Part shown: one piece after another, positions 22,538 to 36,279 of the stretch
How positions within the stretch are numbered: the stretch's first letter is position 1
Layout of the letters: every line of letters begins with the position of its first letter
NCBI GenBank assembly: GCA_964035545.1
Contig: OZ037765.1
Location: 3,472,001 to 3,536,000 of the forward strand
Direction: 5' to 3'
Source: Bugula neritina
Lineage: Eukaryota > Animalia > Bryozoa
DNA: 64,000 nt
Translations under genes and position numbers: made by a program
Notes under the pieces: generated by a model
What the model saw: the letters and a program-made list of their open reading frames with translations, nothing else
The model's database searches: none
What the model was told of the DNA's origin: nothing

Positions 22538-25500
22538 ATGGCTGCTAATGAGTCTTCGCCACTTTTACCAGCAAATCAAATTCCACCAGTACTGGATGAT
22601 GGTGAAGGAATAACTCTGAGACAAAGGAAAATAGCATCGTACCTGATCATAGCAGCTAAAGTTTTTGAGAGACTAGTTTTTTATAGCATATCTGGAACAT
22701 TGTTACTTTATCTAAAAGTTCAGTTTCCATTGTGTTTGTCTAATACAGGAGTGTTTGCCGTTCTATTCCTCTTCAACGCTATCTCCAACTCATTTTGTTT
22801 AGTTGCTGGTGTAATATCCGATAGCTTTATAAGTCGATACACTTCGATTATCATTGGCTACGTCATATATTTGATTGGATATGTGTTCTTGGGAATAACT
22901 ATATATTCTGACTGGACCAACACGGCTAATCCTTCTTCTACAGTTAACAAATCGGAGATATGTAGAGACAAAGATCCGGCCAATGCTCAATGGGAAAATC
23001 ATAAAGATATGGTGATAATAGGAACACTGGCACTATTTGTCATTTCTATAGCTGCAGCCATTGTAACGTCAAACTTAGCAGCATTTGGTGCCAGTCAGGT
23101 AGAAGGTCTAGCTGATAAAAGTTCAGATCTTCATTTAAAAATAGATTGAAAAGCACGTTGATTCATAGTTTTATTTATTGTAAATATGTTCTTTAGTTTT
23201 TAAAGGCAATCTTTTTAATCTTTAGGAATTGGCCAATTTAAATGTTATAGATATATAATTCAACTTACTAAACTGTTTTCTCCCAACATAAATATCATAA
23301 ACTTATTTACTGCATGCTATGTTATAGCTCCTGGTTATTTAAATCAGTGGTTTCCAACCTGGGGGGAATTCCCCTCTAGGGGGAATTTCCCCCCTAGAGG
23401 GGAATTTGGACGCTTTAGGGGGAATTTGGATTTTGAAAAATTCACACTTTGTTGACGGTTTTTGGGCTCTTGCAAGTTACATATATATGCATGTCTATAA
23501 ATCTTCATCTTAGTTCATCTGTTTAACTAAACCATATTCTGCAATCTCAGTTTACTTCTACATGAATGTGTGTTTATTAATTACTCTACCCTAACTGTTC
23601 TCTGTGTTACTTTGAATGAAAGTCAAAAATATGCAAAAACTAACACGCCAACTTTTAGCAGCCATGCACGTCATTAATTTCTATGAACTGTATACTACAT
23701 ATACTTAGTGAATATGTTTGCTACACTAAATAATCTGAACCTAAAAATGCAGGAGTGCAATCATCATATTATTGCCTTTCATAGCAGCGGCAATTTTTTT
23801 AAGGTTACACTAAAGTGGTGTCATCTCTATCAAAAGCATGGTGTATTTCCCTACACTCAACGAACTTTGATAGAAGAAGAACCTGAAGAAAAACTATATA
23901 ACATTAATTATTGAACTGCTCTCATGTGTTTGATAACATAAAAATAATGATAATATTACTATTATGATAATTATATTATATGCAGATATAATAGAACAAA
24001 ATATATTGCATGGTATCATATATTCTCTTTCTGTAAGTCATAAAATCTTTTTGCTCTTCGAAAGGGGGGGGAATTAATAGTCAACATTTATGAAAAGGGG
24101 GAATAGTATGAAAAAGGTTGGGAACCACTGATTTAAATCAATCAAAACATTATAATAGGTTTTGCCAAACCATATGTGTGTCTCCTATGTCTATAAATAA
24201 CATGTCATTTACTGGTGAAGCTTTCAAATACAATTTTGCACTAAAATTTTGATTAACAGAGTCATCAAACCTATATTGCCGTCTAGAGCTCTGCAAATAT
24301 ACAAAGCATCCTATTTTTCAAACTTTTAGATTCGGATATTTGGAACTGTTGGCACAAGAGAGTTTATGACGATGTACTATTGGGGAACAAATTTTGGAGC
24401 CGCAATAGTTTTTGTAGCAATGGCAAATTTGCAAATAATAGTTACGAACGAGTCACAAGTGTTTGCTGGGTTTTTATTAGGCTCTTTGGTACTGAGTTTT
24501 GCTTTTTTTATAGCAGGTAAGTTAGTGCTGAATCTGACAATTACCTAAATTGTGTAAAGCATAAATTTTGAATGTTTTTGATTGAATCAAATTTTAGTTG
24601 CCAGCTTTACATGCACTAATTACTAACAAACAGTTTTGAGATTATCAATATTTTGATTTTTATGCCAAATTTCTAGAAATTGCAGTATACTCATATACCT
24701 AGTTTGAATATTTCAAATTATAGCAAATTATTCCCAAAAGAGTCACTTACTTTGAAGTCAGTAAAAACTATGATAACTCGAGTATTTGTGTAATTGCCAG
24801 TTTTGTTATCAAATGTTGCTATAGAACATCTGGTTACCCCAAACAGCACCCAGGTTACCTGTAGTTGTGGAATGCATCAAATAAAATATTTTTCTAGTGA
24901 AATTAAAGATACACCTTCTATTTGCACCACTGAAATGAAACATGGTGGTTTAATTTGTCAGAATTGTTTCATGTAAATAGAGCTAGCAGTATAAAGTTGA
25001 TTTATTGCCCCTATAATACTAACTGATAATCAGTGTTATTCCTGCTACTGCTACTGCTATACTACTACTACTATACTGTTGCTACCTGTGTTACTAATAT
25101 ATCTTAACTATTTTAAACTTATCAAACAATCCTACATATTCTACAACCCTACAATTCAAACATACACTCCTTATAAACTACATATCATTTACAACTTAAT
25201 AATATTTGAGAGTCTGACATTTTGGGCATATAGTATTTTGCAAGAACTCAAAATTTTTTCAGTCATTTTCAATTTTTATTTTTCTAGCTTACTCATCAAC
25301 TGCATTGTAACCTAAGCTTTACTTCAATTTTGCAATGTGGAAGAATGAAATTTTTTTGTTGGTGCGTGACACATTTATATACCACTGCATCCTGTTCCAA
25401 TTTTCAATTTCTCTGTATTGTTTCTCCAAATAATATTTCTTGCAAATTGATTAATAACCACTTGGCCCATACTAAGGACTTCGTTAGGGTTGAAATTTTT

Positions 25501-26926
25501 CAGATTACATTTTTAACAGGAAGAAGCCTAGATTAATTTTGAAAATTATAATTATGTTAAGTTATGGAAGGCAACCTATATGCAATATTTATAAATTACA
25601 TTTAATTTCTAACACTTTCAGGTGATAAACTATACATTAAACGGAGAGCTGAATCGAGGTTTGTTGTGAAGGACATATTCAAAGTGATCAGTAATGCTCG
25701 GATGGTGAAGAAAAACAACCCGGAGTGAGTAGCGTATAACCAGTTATTAATTATGTAGCTTTTCTAAAAAAGAAAATTCATAAAATTATGATATTTTCTG
25801 AAGCCAATAGAAGCTATGAGTGACAAAAACTTCTTTTGCGGTAGACGAATGAGAAATCAAAATAATGGAGCTGACTAAATTTTAGCATAGAGGAAAAAAA
25901 GCTTCTAGAATATTCCAATATGGCTAAAGGTTACCCTGGAGCTGAGTGTACATTTCAAGAGATAAGAAACACAAAGAACATGTGTCAGATATTCAAAGTG
26001 GTTCTGCTGATGATTCCTTACTGGATCTGCTACAGTCATGTAAGTTTTTGAACGCTTACTTTGTGATAACCATGGGAGTCTCTTATGCCTGAGCATGTAT
26101 TGCATTTAGTATGGTATGACAAAGATCATTAAGCAACAATGTATAGTTTATAAAAGTATTTATGATTGCTATGTTATTGGCAAAAGTTTTATTGTGGTTC
26201 CAGAAATGATTTCATTTTGTTTTTATTAATAAATCTTAACATATAAAAAAATGTTTGAATAACTATTATATCTAGGCAAGCCTAGAGAGCACATTGCTAA
26301 AGATTAAATATAAATAATTGTTATTATTTTTAACCAGTGAATTATTTTTTTTTTATTTTTTTACAGATGCATGGAACTTTGTACCTGTTTCAAGGTTTAC
26401 ATATGAATCTGGAACTTAAAAAGCCACACCTACAGGAAAAGCCTACTTGTTTTACCAGATGGGAGCTTAAGCATCTTCCTCTTTTTCACAATAAATCCCT
26501 TTTTGTTAATGACTATTTCCCTACGCAATCAGGAGCTGTAAGTGTGTAGAAACCTTTCTATAAAAAGTGTTGTGAATGAGATTATTTTATGATTTACTTA
26601 TATCTGCGTTTGTATGGTTCTAATTTTAGACAGTGGCTGTACTACCTGTAGTGATAGGAACTGGAATTATTGTCATAATCGTACCAATCGCTCACTGGTT
26701 CTACCGCTGTCTTACCAAGTGCTGTGTGATTGTCTATACATATCGGCGTCTAGTTTGTGGCATGCTACTTGCTTTTCTGTCTTTACTGGCTGCCGGCTTC
26801 TTGGAAACTGTGAGACTCAATCATATCTGCTCCTACAACACAACTTACAACATAGCTGGTAGATAGAGTTATATGTCATTTAGTGTCCATTCTGTAAATT
26901 AAATAAACCATAGCCTATAATAATAT

Positions 26927-26986
<60 letters not shown>

Positions 26987-27856
26987 TATATGGTTAAATT
27001 TAGAAGGAAATATAACTGTCCATGGAATGACGTCTGAGGTTGCAGTTCATTATCAATCTTTCCAATACTTTTTAATGGGTTTAAGTGAAGTATTGTTCAT
27101 AGTAACAGGTAAATATTATAAAATACAATTAAAACTTTTATATTACACTTTATGTACTGTAAGGTCATTATATCGGTAGTCAAAATATAGTATTATATCA
27201 TATTATTTTATGATAACATTATGGATTTATATGATGAAGCCAATATATATTATTTAAAATAACATTTTCAGTTTAAATACAAGTTATATCCTTGCATCAT
27301 AGCATTTGATTTATGCTGAGAACTAAATCTGTCTTTACCTTTAACATATTATGAGAAGAAACTCCTAAACCAATGTTGTAACTTACAAAATATACAGTTT
27401 TAATACTTTTGAATTCCTAAGCTAAAAACTCAAAATAACAATATACTAAGAGTTACATTTATAAATAGAAATCATACAAAGTTCTGCAGGTGTAATTAGA
27501 AACAAGAGATATTTCAGCCTATGATTACATATTACATATTCAGCTGTGTTTATTTTAAAGGTTTAGAATACATTTACATTAAGTCTCCTCCTCACATGCA
27601 AGGACTCTCTATGGGACTATTTTGGTTTTCTGCTGGTATTGGATATTTTATTGGATGGGCTCTGACAGCAATATCTCAAGTGGCAGATGACATAAACAGT
27701 GGATCTTTGGATGTTTACTTTTATGCCTTGGCCTTTCTCCTTGGTGTTTATACACCTATATTCTATATATGCTGTACATATTTGCATCTTGGCCTTGATA
27801 GAATGATTATTATTCCTTTACCTGAAGATATTATGCAGGTCTCTTGTTGTTCATAG
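22538..27856 (+). CDS. SLC15A4-like: SLC15/POT (PTR2) family transporter, paralogue A, about 601 aa
   Basis: Eight GT-AG coding exons in compatible phase: 22538-23098, 24330-24516, 25622-25724, 25886-26039, 26367-26537, 26630-26858, 27004-27108, 27561-27856 (1806 nt). Motifs FERL..Y, AGVISD, AFGASQ, YYWGTNFG, PYW.CY, QY..MG.SE, GLEY..SP..MQG, plus N-terminal ESSPLL. Confidence 0.9.
23345..24130 (+). mobile_element. Non-autonomous hAT (Charlie-type) element in a gene A intron
   Basis: TIRs CAGTGGTTTCCAACCT and AGGTTGGGAACCACTG; 8-bp TSD ATTTAAAT at 23337-23344 and 24131-24138. The internal remnant YLVNMFATLNNLNLKMQ resembles hAT-Charlie transposase. Confidence 0.9.
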
Positions 27857-28021
27857 TTTAGCATTTAAAAAAAATAGAAAGCTTAAATTCAACTTTTTGG
27901 GTTATATGAAGTGCAGTAGTGATTATGGTATGCATTTAATTTGTATAAAAAATCTTTAACAGTTTGTATTAGGTTAAGTAAACATAATATTGTAAATAAT
28001 TTCACTGATATGTAATTAATG

Positions 28022-28082
28022 CCTTTGCTACTTGTGGTTACAATTTTCGCATGCGAAAATACGCACCGTGTGGCCCTAGGCT
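28022..28082. mobile_element. Isolated single TIR of the MITE family at 33920
   Basis: CCTTTGCTACTTGTG..TTTTCGCATGCGAAAATACGCACCGTGTGGCCCTAGGCT matches 34204-34264. Confidence 0.75.
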
Positions 28083-30243
28083 AACAGATTTAAACCAGAT
28101 AATACTAAAAGTATGAATTTATTTTTTTTGTCTATATTAATATGCCAAGCAACCTTTCAGTTTTTCTTGCTAAAGAAACTTCTCACTTTGATTATAAAAT
28201 CGTTGCTTTTCTTTTCTCAGGCAATCTTTTTGTACCCTTGAATTTAACTTTGTATAATATGACGCAATTTTGTATACAGATTTTAGATGTCCTCTACCCT
28301 AATAAAGTACAATATTCATTGCATGTAGTTCGAATTCAAGAGCCTCATTTTTTAAATAAAATTCAGGGTCATTTGATAAAAGCACTGCATTATATTATAA
28401 TATGAAAATGTATCAATTTTGTTTTGTAATATTCACTTATTATGGAGCAGTTTTCATTCAGCAATTTACAAGCAATAGGAGTCAGTGAATGAAAAACAAA
28501 TTATCAAAGTTGTCAGCCGATATAAAAATACAATGAATGTCATTTCAGTTAATTTTCCATATTAAGGTTTTACGGTTCAAAGTTTATAGAGGAGACAACT
28601 TGTAAACAGGGAATACACCACACTAACCAATCATATAAAGTTAATGCCACTGCATGTTTGCAAACACTGAATGAAAAATCAATTTTCGAATGTGTGAAGC
28701 TTGGAAACATAGTACTTATAACTGCACTATATACGGCTTATAAAAACTGTCATAATAAAGAGGCACTGTCATTGTGCACTGACTGAGAAATTATTGAATT
28801 AACAAACGGATAAACTATGAAAAATATAGTTTAAGGGTAGAATAAAGTAAATTGCTTGGTTTATAAAATATAATAATTATTCAATTTTGAATAAAACTTA
28901 AAAAAAGCCCTCCAACTCTTACTACATTATTTATTTCACTTGACTATATATAATAGTGCTAACATACATGTACAATATCAAACTAAAATTGCAGAGAAAG
29001 TTTCAAAGTATTTTGATGCTTTTTCTGAAAAATCCCACCCAGTTTTAAACTTGGCTGGATTCAAAAAATTATTAAATCAGTCCTTTAGCCAAATTGACTT
29101 TTTGACAAAAAGTTTCAAGATTATAAACATTTCTATATAGAGAAGAATTGGGATAAAATGGGTTTATCAGTTTACCGCTTAGTAATATATTTTATGAACC
29201 ATAAATTGTAGAGATTTCGATAACATATTGAATGTATTTTACTGCAAACTACCAAAATCAGTGTTTGTTGATATTAAATAATATTTTAGTTATAAGCTAT
29301 AGTACTGTCAGAATTGGCTGTTGTCTCCTCTATAAACTGTAACTCATTAATATACACCTAATTAACATTTATTGTAATTTTATATCTGCTGATAACTTTG
29401 ATGATTTTTTATTTTATGGCTCCTAATGTTTGTGTTGAAATAAAACTGCTTCATACTGAGTGAGTATTACAAAACACTTATGTTACAAAAGTTGGCAGCT
29501 TTTCATATTATCATGTTGAAGTATATACTTGCGTATATCAAGTAACCCTGAATACTGAATACTATAGTATTCAGTATTCAGTATAAATTATACTGAAAAT
29601 GTGACCCTTGAACAATTAATATGCAATAAATATTGCACTTTATTAACATACACAACATATAAAAAGCATACAATATTGTGTTATATTACAGAAAAACTTG
29701 AATTCAATAGTACCAAGAGAGCATATGCGAGAAAAGAAAAAAACAACTGATTTTTACAATCAAAATTAGAAATTCTTCGCAAAAAGGCTCAAGCATTATT
29801 TAGCATATTAATATACAGAAATAATATATTCATACCTCTAACAATATCTGGTTTAAATCTGTGAGCAACTTAATATATTAATCGAGATGCTTAAGTAGTG
29901 TTTCTGAACTGTATATAGATGAATTTTATAAAGCCATTTTAAAAGAAATTAACGTTAAAAGAAAAAAAATTTTCAACGATTTAGTAAAGACTCTGAGATA
30001 TCGGTTAAAATTATGTAAATTAAACACCTTCATGTATCATGCAGTCTAAAAACTCATTATCAACTTTTAAAATTAATTGCACTTTTAAAAATTATATTAG
30101 TGAAATATGCAGTTACAGCAAGTTTACTTGACTTAAACACTTTTGAAGATCTGTATACAAATTAAATGCATACTATAATCACTACTGCACATCATATAAC
30201 CCAAAAAATTGAATTTAAGCTTTCTATTTTTTTAAATGCTAAA

Positions 30244-31007
30244 CTATGAACAACAAGAAACCTGCATAATGTCTTCAGGTAAAGGAATAATAATCATTCT
30301 ATCAAGGCCAAGATGAAAATATGTCGCACATTTATAGAATATGAGTGTATAAACACCAAGGAACAAGGCCAAGACATAAAAATAAACATCTAAATATCCA
30401 CTGTTTATGTTTTCTGTCACTTGAAATATTGCCGTCAGAGCCCATCCAATAAAATATCCAATACCAGAAGAACACCAGAATAGTCCCATAGAAAGTCCTT
30501 GCATGTGCGGAGGAGACTTCATGTAAATGTATTCTAAACCTTTAAAATAAACACAGCTGAATAAGTAGTATGTAATAATAGGCTGAAATCTCTCTCATTT
30601 CTAATTACACCTTCAGGACTTTGTAATGATGAAAAATATCAAAACTTTTTTTAACTGTAAATATAAATATATAGTGTAAAAAACATTAACATACTGGTAG
30701 CTCAGTACTGGGTTTAATATATATAGGGTTCTGTAATTTAATGATTACAATAAACTGCAGGTATCACTTAAAAGCTGCAGGTATAAAACTTCTATTTATA
30801 AATGTAACTCTTATTATAATGCTATTTTGAGTTTTTAGCTTTCGAATCCAAAAGTATTAAAACTGTATATCTTGTAAGTTACAATATTGGTTTAGGAGTT
30901 TCTTCTCATGATATGTTAAAGGTATAAAGACAGATTTAGTTCTCGGCATAAATCAAATGCTATAATGCAAGGATATAACTTGTATTTAAATTGAAAATGT
31001 CATTTAA

Positions 31008-31080
<73 letters not shown>

Positions 31081-31322
31081 GTTCATCATATAAATCCATA
31101 ATGTTATCATAAATATTATATTTTGACTACAAATTAATATAATGACATTAGTGCCATAAAGTGTAATATAAAAGTTTTAATTGTGTTTTATAATATTTAC
31201 CTGTTACTATAAACAATACTTCACTTAAACCCATCAAAAAGTATTGGAAAGATTGATAATGAACTGCAACCTCAGACGTCATTCCATGGACAGTTATATT
31301 TCCTTCTAAATTTAACCATATA

Positions 31323-31382
<60 letters not shown>

Positions 31383-34300
31383 TTTATTTGTGTATATACG
31401 TGTGTTGTATGTATGCATGTGTGTATGTAGGTATGACACTCAATGACATATAGTTAAATTTACCAGCTATGTTGTAAGTTGTGTTGTATAAACAGATATG
31501 ATTGATTCTCACAGTTTCCAAGAAGCCGGCAGCCAGTAAAGACAGAGAAGCAAGCAACATTCCACAAACTAGACGTCGATATGTATAGACAATCACACAG
31601 CACTTGGTAAGACAGCGGTAGAACCAGTGAGCGAATGGTAGGATTAAAACAATAATTCCAGTCCCTATCACTTCGGGTAATAAAGCTACTGTCTAAAATT
31701 AGAATACAAATGAGGATGTAGATAAATCATGAAATAGTTCTACATTCACAACACACTTAATGATTAGGAGTAGCAGACTTACAGTTCCTGAATGAGTAGG
31801 AAAATAGTCATTAACTGAGTGTGAATGATTGTGAAAAAGCTCCGATCTGTTATAACAAGTAAGCTTTTGCTTCAGGTGATGCTCTCCGAGTTCCAGATTC
31901 ATATGTAACCCTTGAAACAAGTACAGAATTCCATTCACCTGTAATTAGTTTCTTCGAGTTAAATGGTATTGTAAAAAGCGCTCATAAAAATTTTTGTATT
32001 GTGATAACTTAATATGGTGATTTCAGAATAATACTCAAAAGAAGTAATAATTCCTTGTAAACGTCGTTATTTAGTTTGGCGATTAGATGGCGTACTTATA
32101 TGTTAATATAATCATATCACCTATGCCTTCTTAGTTATTGCTTTTATGATGTCAACTTTACAAATTCACAACGTTTACAAAGAGCATCAAATAGCAATTA
32201 GGTGAGTCGAGTTTCAATTTTAGAAAGTAAGCTTCCTCATCAATATGATTTCAACGATTTTCAGTTTGACTATAAAGGGGTACACGGACAAGCATTATTA
32301 ACTTAATCTCGGTACTTTTTTCAGCAGAGGTATAAACGAAATTTTAGTCAAACATATTTTTCTAATGTTAAAATATGTACTAATATAAAGCGTTTTTGAT
32401 TGAATAAAACAAGGCTTATTAATTTCTAAAACTGCTATTAAACTTTTGAGGATCTTTGTTGAAATTTTGCCAAATACCTACAGAACAATCGTAATTAGTC
32501 ACCATTCTCCAAAATCAAAGAGTCTACATAATACTAAAGCAGGTGGATATGTAATGATATGCATAGTGATATATTATATTATAGATAGTGTGAAACCTTT
32601 AAAAAATTAATTGCAACACTTATGAACATTGTTACTTTACATATTTATCAGTTATAATGTCATACCAAATGCAACACATGCTAACGCACAAAAGATTGCC
32701 ATGATTATCACAATTGCTCTCAAAGGAAACTTTCAAAAACTTACATGACTGTAACAGATCCAGTATGGAATCATCAGCAAAACTACTTTGAATATCTGAC
32801 ACATGTTCTTTGTGTTTCTTATCTCTTGAAGTGTACATTCAGCTCCTGGGTAACCTTTAGCCATATTGGAATATTCTAGAAGCTTTTCTTCCTCTATCCT
32901 AAAGGTTAGATAATTATATATTTTGTCTTCTTATTCTTATAGCTCAAAACCAATTTATTCAGTAATAACTTTTATACAGAATTAAAACACCATAATTATA
33001 TAAAGGTTTCTCTTTAGAAAAGCTACATAATTAATAACTGGTTATACGCTACTTACTCCGGGTTGTTTTTCTTCACCATCCGAGCATTACTGATTACTTT
33101 GAATATGTCCTTCACAACAAACCTCGATTCAGCACGGCGCTTAATGTATAGTCGACTACCTAAAGGTTTCAGAAATTACAAAACTATCAATATATTTGCA
33201 GCATCTATTGCCTCCTATAATGTACTAGTTTAATAAGAATTTACATAATTGAGCCAGGCTAATTTCTATTTAACCTGCAATCTAAATTATTTCAACCCTA
33301 ACAAAATCATTAGCACGTGGGCTAAGTGAATGTTGATTAATAATTACAAGAAGTATATTATCTGTAAAAACAATATACAGAAAAGTATTTAAAATGTGTA
33401 AAGTAAAAACAGCAACTGCAGCAGCATTAATATGTCACATCAACACCAACTGATTCTTCCATCTGAGTAACTGGCATTTGCAAATTAAAATAGATGCTAG
33501 GTTACAATGCAGTTGAGGTGAAAGTTAGATTATAAAAATTTAAGATGTCTAAGAATTTCAAGTTGCTGCAAAGCATGTGCCCAAAATGCTTTCTTTTTAA
33601 TTAAAAGGTTCAAACATTATTTGACTGTAAATTGTAATCTAAGTCGTTGTATATGTTGTGTGCAATGACAAGTCTCCAACATTAAAATATTTATCATATA
33701 ATAGTAATACTTATAGAAACTGCTATAGTAGTTCTAGTAGCAGTAGCAGCAGTTTTGCAGCATTAACACAAAAAATTGAAATATAAACCATGAAGTTACA
33801 TTTCAGTGGTGTAGGTAGCAGGTGTAGTTTTAAATTCACTAGACAAATATTTTATTTGATGCATTCCACAACCACAGGTATACCCTGGATGCTGTTTGGG
33901 GTAACGCAGGCATTCTATTAGCCTAGGGCCACACGGCGCGTATTTTCGCATGCGAAAATTGAAATCACAAGTAGCAAAGGTGTCCACTGTGCGCGTTGAG
34001 AAAACATTCGCACTTGTCGCTCTGCATTTTCAACGCAAGTGCGAATCGTCTCTGTCGTCGTCACCTAATTGGCTGGTATTATTAAGCGAGCCCAATTTCT
34101 TTATTTTAGTGCTACATTCCAGTAAATTGCGTTTTATTGAAAGCGAGTGCGATTTAAAAATGAAAGCTTTATTTATCACGCATCACTGACGCTACAGTGG
34201 ACACCTTTGCTACTTGTGATTTTAATTTTCGCATGCGAAAATACGCACAGTGTGGCCCTAGGCTTATTGTCAATATTTGTAAACATCAGTGGCGATGCAG

Positions 34301-35857
34301 TGGTAAAACTACTGCTATTACACAAATATTTGAGCTATAATCATAGTTACTTCTATATGTAAGGGGTAAGAACTTTTATATTCTCAATACTTTTAATTAT
34401 GCAAAAAAGACTCAGAGTGCATTGTTTAAGTAATAAGTTGCTAGTGTGAAGTATATTCAAGCTAGCTATGAGTACTATCCAATCTGAAAATTTGGCGTGA
34501 AAGGGGAGTTTTTAATGATCTCATTACTATTTATAACTGATCAGTGCTTGTAATTAAGGTGTTGATTACTTAGCTAGCAACTAGAATTTGATTTATGGCA
34601 CAAAAGCTAAAGTTTATGCTTTATAAAATGTGGGTAATTGTTAGAGTTAAAACTAATTTACCTGCTATAAAAAAAGCAAAACTAAGTACCAAAGAACCTA
34701 TTAGGAACCCAGCAAAGACTATAATTGAATCATTCATAACTATTCTATGGAGCTTTGACATGGCTAGAAGGACTACGGTGGCTCCAAAGTTTTTTCCCCA
34801 ATAGTACATCGTCATAAACTCTCTTGTGCCAACAGTTCCAAATATCCGGATCTATAAATATTAAAAAAATATAGGTTTGTAGATTTTCAGAGCTCTACAC
34901 TGCAATAGCGTATAATATAGCTTATGCCCTTTAACCTCAATTGTACAGTAACATAAACTTAATTGGTTGTCAATCAAATCTTTAACGCAAAATTGTATTT
35001 GACAGCTTCACCAGTGAATAATATATCACCCAGGCATTGGAAGTTGAGCTGATTTAAAAATAAACTAGCAGCTATAACGTAGCAGGAAACAAGTTTATGA
35101 TATTTGTGGTGATCGAAAACGCAGCCGAGTAATTTGAATATCTGACATTTACTAAATTTGATCATTCTTGAAGCTGAAAAATTGCTTGCAGAAAACTGAA
35201 CAGCAAGAAAAATAAACGAAACTATGTTTCTTTTTATCTATTTTTAAATAAAGATCTAAAAATTGTATCAGCTAAACCTTCTACCTGACTGGCACCAAAT
35301 GCTGCTAAGTTTGATGTTACAATGGCTGCTGCTATAGAAATGAGAAATAGTGGCAGTATTCTTATAAGTATCTCCACAACTTCAAAGCTTTCCAATTGAT
35401 CATCAGCATCGACGTTTCTACATTCCTTTAATTTCAAAATTATATAAAGAAACGAGCTCTTTTCAATCCAGCTATAATAAGAATATATAAAAGTAATTCC
35501 CCAGAATATATATCCAATCAAATATATAACGTAGCCAATGATAATCGAAGTGTATCGGCTTATAAAGCTATCGGATATCACACCAGCAACTAAACAAAAC
35601 ACGTTGGAAATAGCGTTGAAGAGGAATAGAACGGCAAACAGTTCTGTATTGGACAAACACAATAAAAACTGAACTTTCAGATAAAGTAACAATGTTCCAG
35701 AGATGCTATAAAAAACTAGTCTCTCAAAAACTTTAGCTGCTATGATCAGGTACGAGGCTATTTTCCTTTGTTTCAGAGTTTTTCCTTCACCATCATCCAG
35801 TACTGGTGGAATTTGATTTGCTGGTAAAAGTGGCAAAGAATCACTTATAGCCGCCAT
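30244..35857 (-). CDS. SLC15A4-like: SLC15/POT family transporter, paralogue B, about 601 aa
   Basis: Coding exons 35857-35285, 34851-34662, 33159-33057, 32898-32745, 31938-31783, 31692-31464, 31305-31201, 30539-30244 (1806 nt). All GT-AG with the same phases as A; N-terminal DSLPLL. Confidence 0.9.
33920..34264. mobile_element. MITE (about 345 bp) with about 70-bp TIRs in a gene B intron
   Basis: AGCCTAGGGCCACAC..CGTATTTTCGCATGCGAAAATT..GTGTCCACTGT is mirrored at the right end. The flanks read as a TATT (or TTA) duplication. Absent from the homologous intron of gene A (about 24820). Confidence 0.85.
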
Positions 35858-36279
35858 TGTTCCATATATTTCTAAAATTTAATAGAAAATAAGATACATA
35901 ATATGATTGAACCATTTTAATAAATCATTAAGAATTAGACATTGCAAATACTCAACTAAGATTAAACTTATGAGATTAATATCTCATAACTTTTATCAAA
36001 AACCAACTTTAATTTGTTGACTTAGTCAGTAGAACATCAGTTTTCGATGGAGATTAAATCAAGGAGCGCTTGCAACATTAACATTTCATTCATGAAAACA
36101 GCATAACTGGTTAACGCTTATTATAGAACTGGACAATGATTTCTTTCTTAGATAATATTTTGAACTTAGCTAGGTATAACGAAATCTTATTTGTATATTT
36201 TACTGCACTGGCATGTATAAATTGGGCAGTACATTTTTTCACCAACAATTATTTTTGCAGCAGTTTTATAGTGAAGTGG

